Below are positions 62,090-64,000 of a DNA stretch of 64,000 nucleotides, in pieces. The first letter of the stretch is position 1. Every line of letters starts with the position of its first letter. This DNA is from Tricharina praecox. Lineage: Eukaryota. A program made the position numbers and the translations under genes. The DNA lies in the NCBI RefSeq assembly GCF_024521635.1, contig NW_026250413.1, positions 124,001 to 188,000 of the forward strand, read 5' to 3'. The notes beneath the pieces were generated by a model, which saw only the letters and a program-made list of their open reading frames with translations, was not told the DNA's origin and made no database searches.

Positions 62090-62535
62090 GCTTCCTTCCT
62101 TCCTTCCCTCCTTCCCTCCTTCCCTCCTTCCCTCCTTCCTCCCGCCCTTCCTCCTTGTCGAGAGTCGACATTGAATCACGATCCGCCAACTCGACTCGAC
62201 TCGACTCGACTCGACTCGACTCGACTTGACTTCACTACCGTAGTTAGCGGTCAAGTGACACATGACACATGACACATGACACATGACACATGACACATGC
62301 CACATCCTACCAGTAGGCCCCCTCCCCCCGCCAATCAACCGGCGACGAAACCAGAAACCAGCCCGAAAAAAAGCAAAGCAAAGCTCGCCCAGCAAATCCA
62401 ATCCAGCAATCCAAATCCAAATCCAACACCGCCCAGTGCCCAGTGCCTAGATACAGCTTTCCGGAGCCGCGGTGCATCCACCCACCACCACCAGCACCAC
62501 CACCAGCACCACCACCAGCACCACCACCAGCACCG
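62090..62535 (+). repeat. Microsatellite cluster: (CCTT)n, (GACTC)n, (GACACAT)n, (CACCACCACCAG)n
   Basis: Directly visible arrays at about 62090-62150, 62188-62225, 62257-62298 and 62480-62535. Confidence 0.9.
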
Positions 62536-64000
62536 AGCCCAGGATCGGGGTCCTGTCCGGGTCGGGTCCGGGCCGGTTCGATTCGATCACCATCAATCAA
62601 ATCAATTACAATCAAATCAAATATGTAGAGTACAATCAAATCAAATCCCAATCCCCGGGGAAGAGCCATCCTTAAGCCATCCATCCTTAAGGGCGGGCCG
62701 TCCGTCGAGTGGTTACAGCGAATGGAAGAAAATTAAGTGAGACGTGGTAGGTAGAGTAGAGTGCGTCGCTGTCGCTGTCGCTGTCGGTGTCGGTATTGGT
62801 ACCGGTACCGGTCGGCGGTAATTACCCTCTACGGTATGCTAGAATACCAGGTGCGGGTGCGGGAAAAAGTCGGGTTGGGACTTTGAACTTTGGTGCGGGG
62901 CCAATGGGAGGGGGCGACCGGAATACCATACCTACCATACTTGCATACAGGCGAGTGATAGGTATGTAGCAGAGGTGCCCCTGCTCTGTTCTGTTGTGTT
63001 CTGTTTGTTGTCGTGGGCGAGTACTCTACTCTACATAATCGGGCCTCGCCGCACGCGGCCTGGAAGTTCGACACGGCACAGCAGAGAAGTTGGAGGAACA
63101 CTCTACATACATAGGAAGCCCTATGATATGGTTTGACGATTGATCGCAGGCGAGAAAGAGGAAGAGGAAGAGGAAGAGAGACAGCGTTCCGCGCAGAGCC
63201 AGATACCGGTATGGGGGTGCTCTATGTGAGTATGTAGAGTACCGGACCAGAGGTCATCCGGCGTTGGAAGGTGGGGATCGAGACTTGAGACTGGATAGGC
63301 TTGGCACTGGGCTGCACACAGGTTCTTGCTTGGGTGCTTGGATGCCTGGGGGAGTGGTGGAAGTTGGGGGAGTGCCGTCTTCCAGAGTGCAGCTGTGCGA
63401 GAGGGCTGGCTGGATGGATGGATGATTATGTACCCTAGATACTCTAGATACTGAGGACGGTACATACTCTACTGAATAGCAGAGCATGTATGTACCGAGT
63501 CCTCCATGTACCGTTCTCTACTCCAGGTACTCCAGGTGTCGACACAGCTCGCACTCGCCCTTGCGTTTACCTTTGCCTTCACCCTGCCTTCACCCTACCT
63601 TGCCTTGCCTTACTTCGCGTCCTCGCATCATCCCGACCCACCAGTCAACCAGTCAACGGACGCAAGCGAGCGAGCGAGTTCTTCCTCTCCGCCTTCTCTT
63701 GTCTGCTCTGCTCTGCTCTCCAGCTGTTTCGGGTAGTGTCCGCCCGCGCCCGCGCCCGCGCCCGCCTCCGCCTCCCAAGTAGCCCCCCAAGTAGCCCCCC
63801 CAAGTAGCCTCCCTCCAAAGTAGCCGCCGTTAGAGAAATTATGAAGTGGAGGGGTGTGTGGGTAGGGTAGGGAGGGTGGGAGGGGGGAGGGATCAGGGAG
63901 GGAGGGGAGGGATCAGGGTGGATGGGTGGATGGGGTTGTCTTGGAAGTTGCTGCACCGCGAATCCGACAGGGAATAGTGCTGGTTCGCTGGGCAGGGATG

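Noticed and set aside
61100..64000. Short ORFs at the window end
   Set aside because: Microsatellite-derived low complexity; looks like intergenic or promoter DNA.

Overview
Eukaryotic fungal DNA: GC-rich, with short 48-93 nt GT-AG introns and CTRAC-like branch points. It is a filamentous ascomycete, possibly a Pezizomycete (inference). About 15 protein-coding genes were reconstructed by hand-splicing. In order: a Cys-rich putative zinc-finger protein, a secreted tyrosinase, a 3-exon orphan, a two-gene carotenoid cluster (phytoene desaturase carB/al-1 and lycopene cyclase/phytoene synthase carRA/al-2), a GH16 glucanase, a large HET-domain protein head-to-head with an intronless membrane protein, a Zn2Cys6 transcription factor, an HD phosphohydrolase, a PQ-loop transporter, an F-box protein, an intact 5-exon Mutator (MULE/SWIM) transposase-like gene, the TRAPPII subunit Trs130, a charged low-complexity protein and an apparently frameshifted ORF. 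Intergenic DNA holds micro/minisatellites, decayed repeats and fragments of a palindrome-rich repeat family. The most notable items are the MULE gene (possibly domesticated), the minimal car cluster without adjacent carX/carO, and the unusual HET architecture. No rRNA, tRNA or CRISPR was seen. All family calls come from recognised motifs, not database searches.
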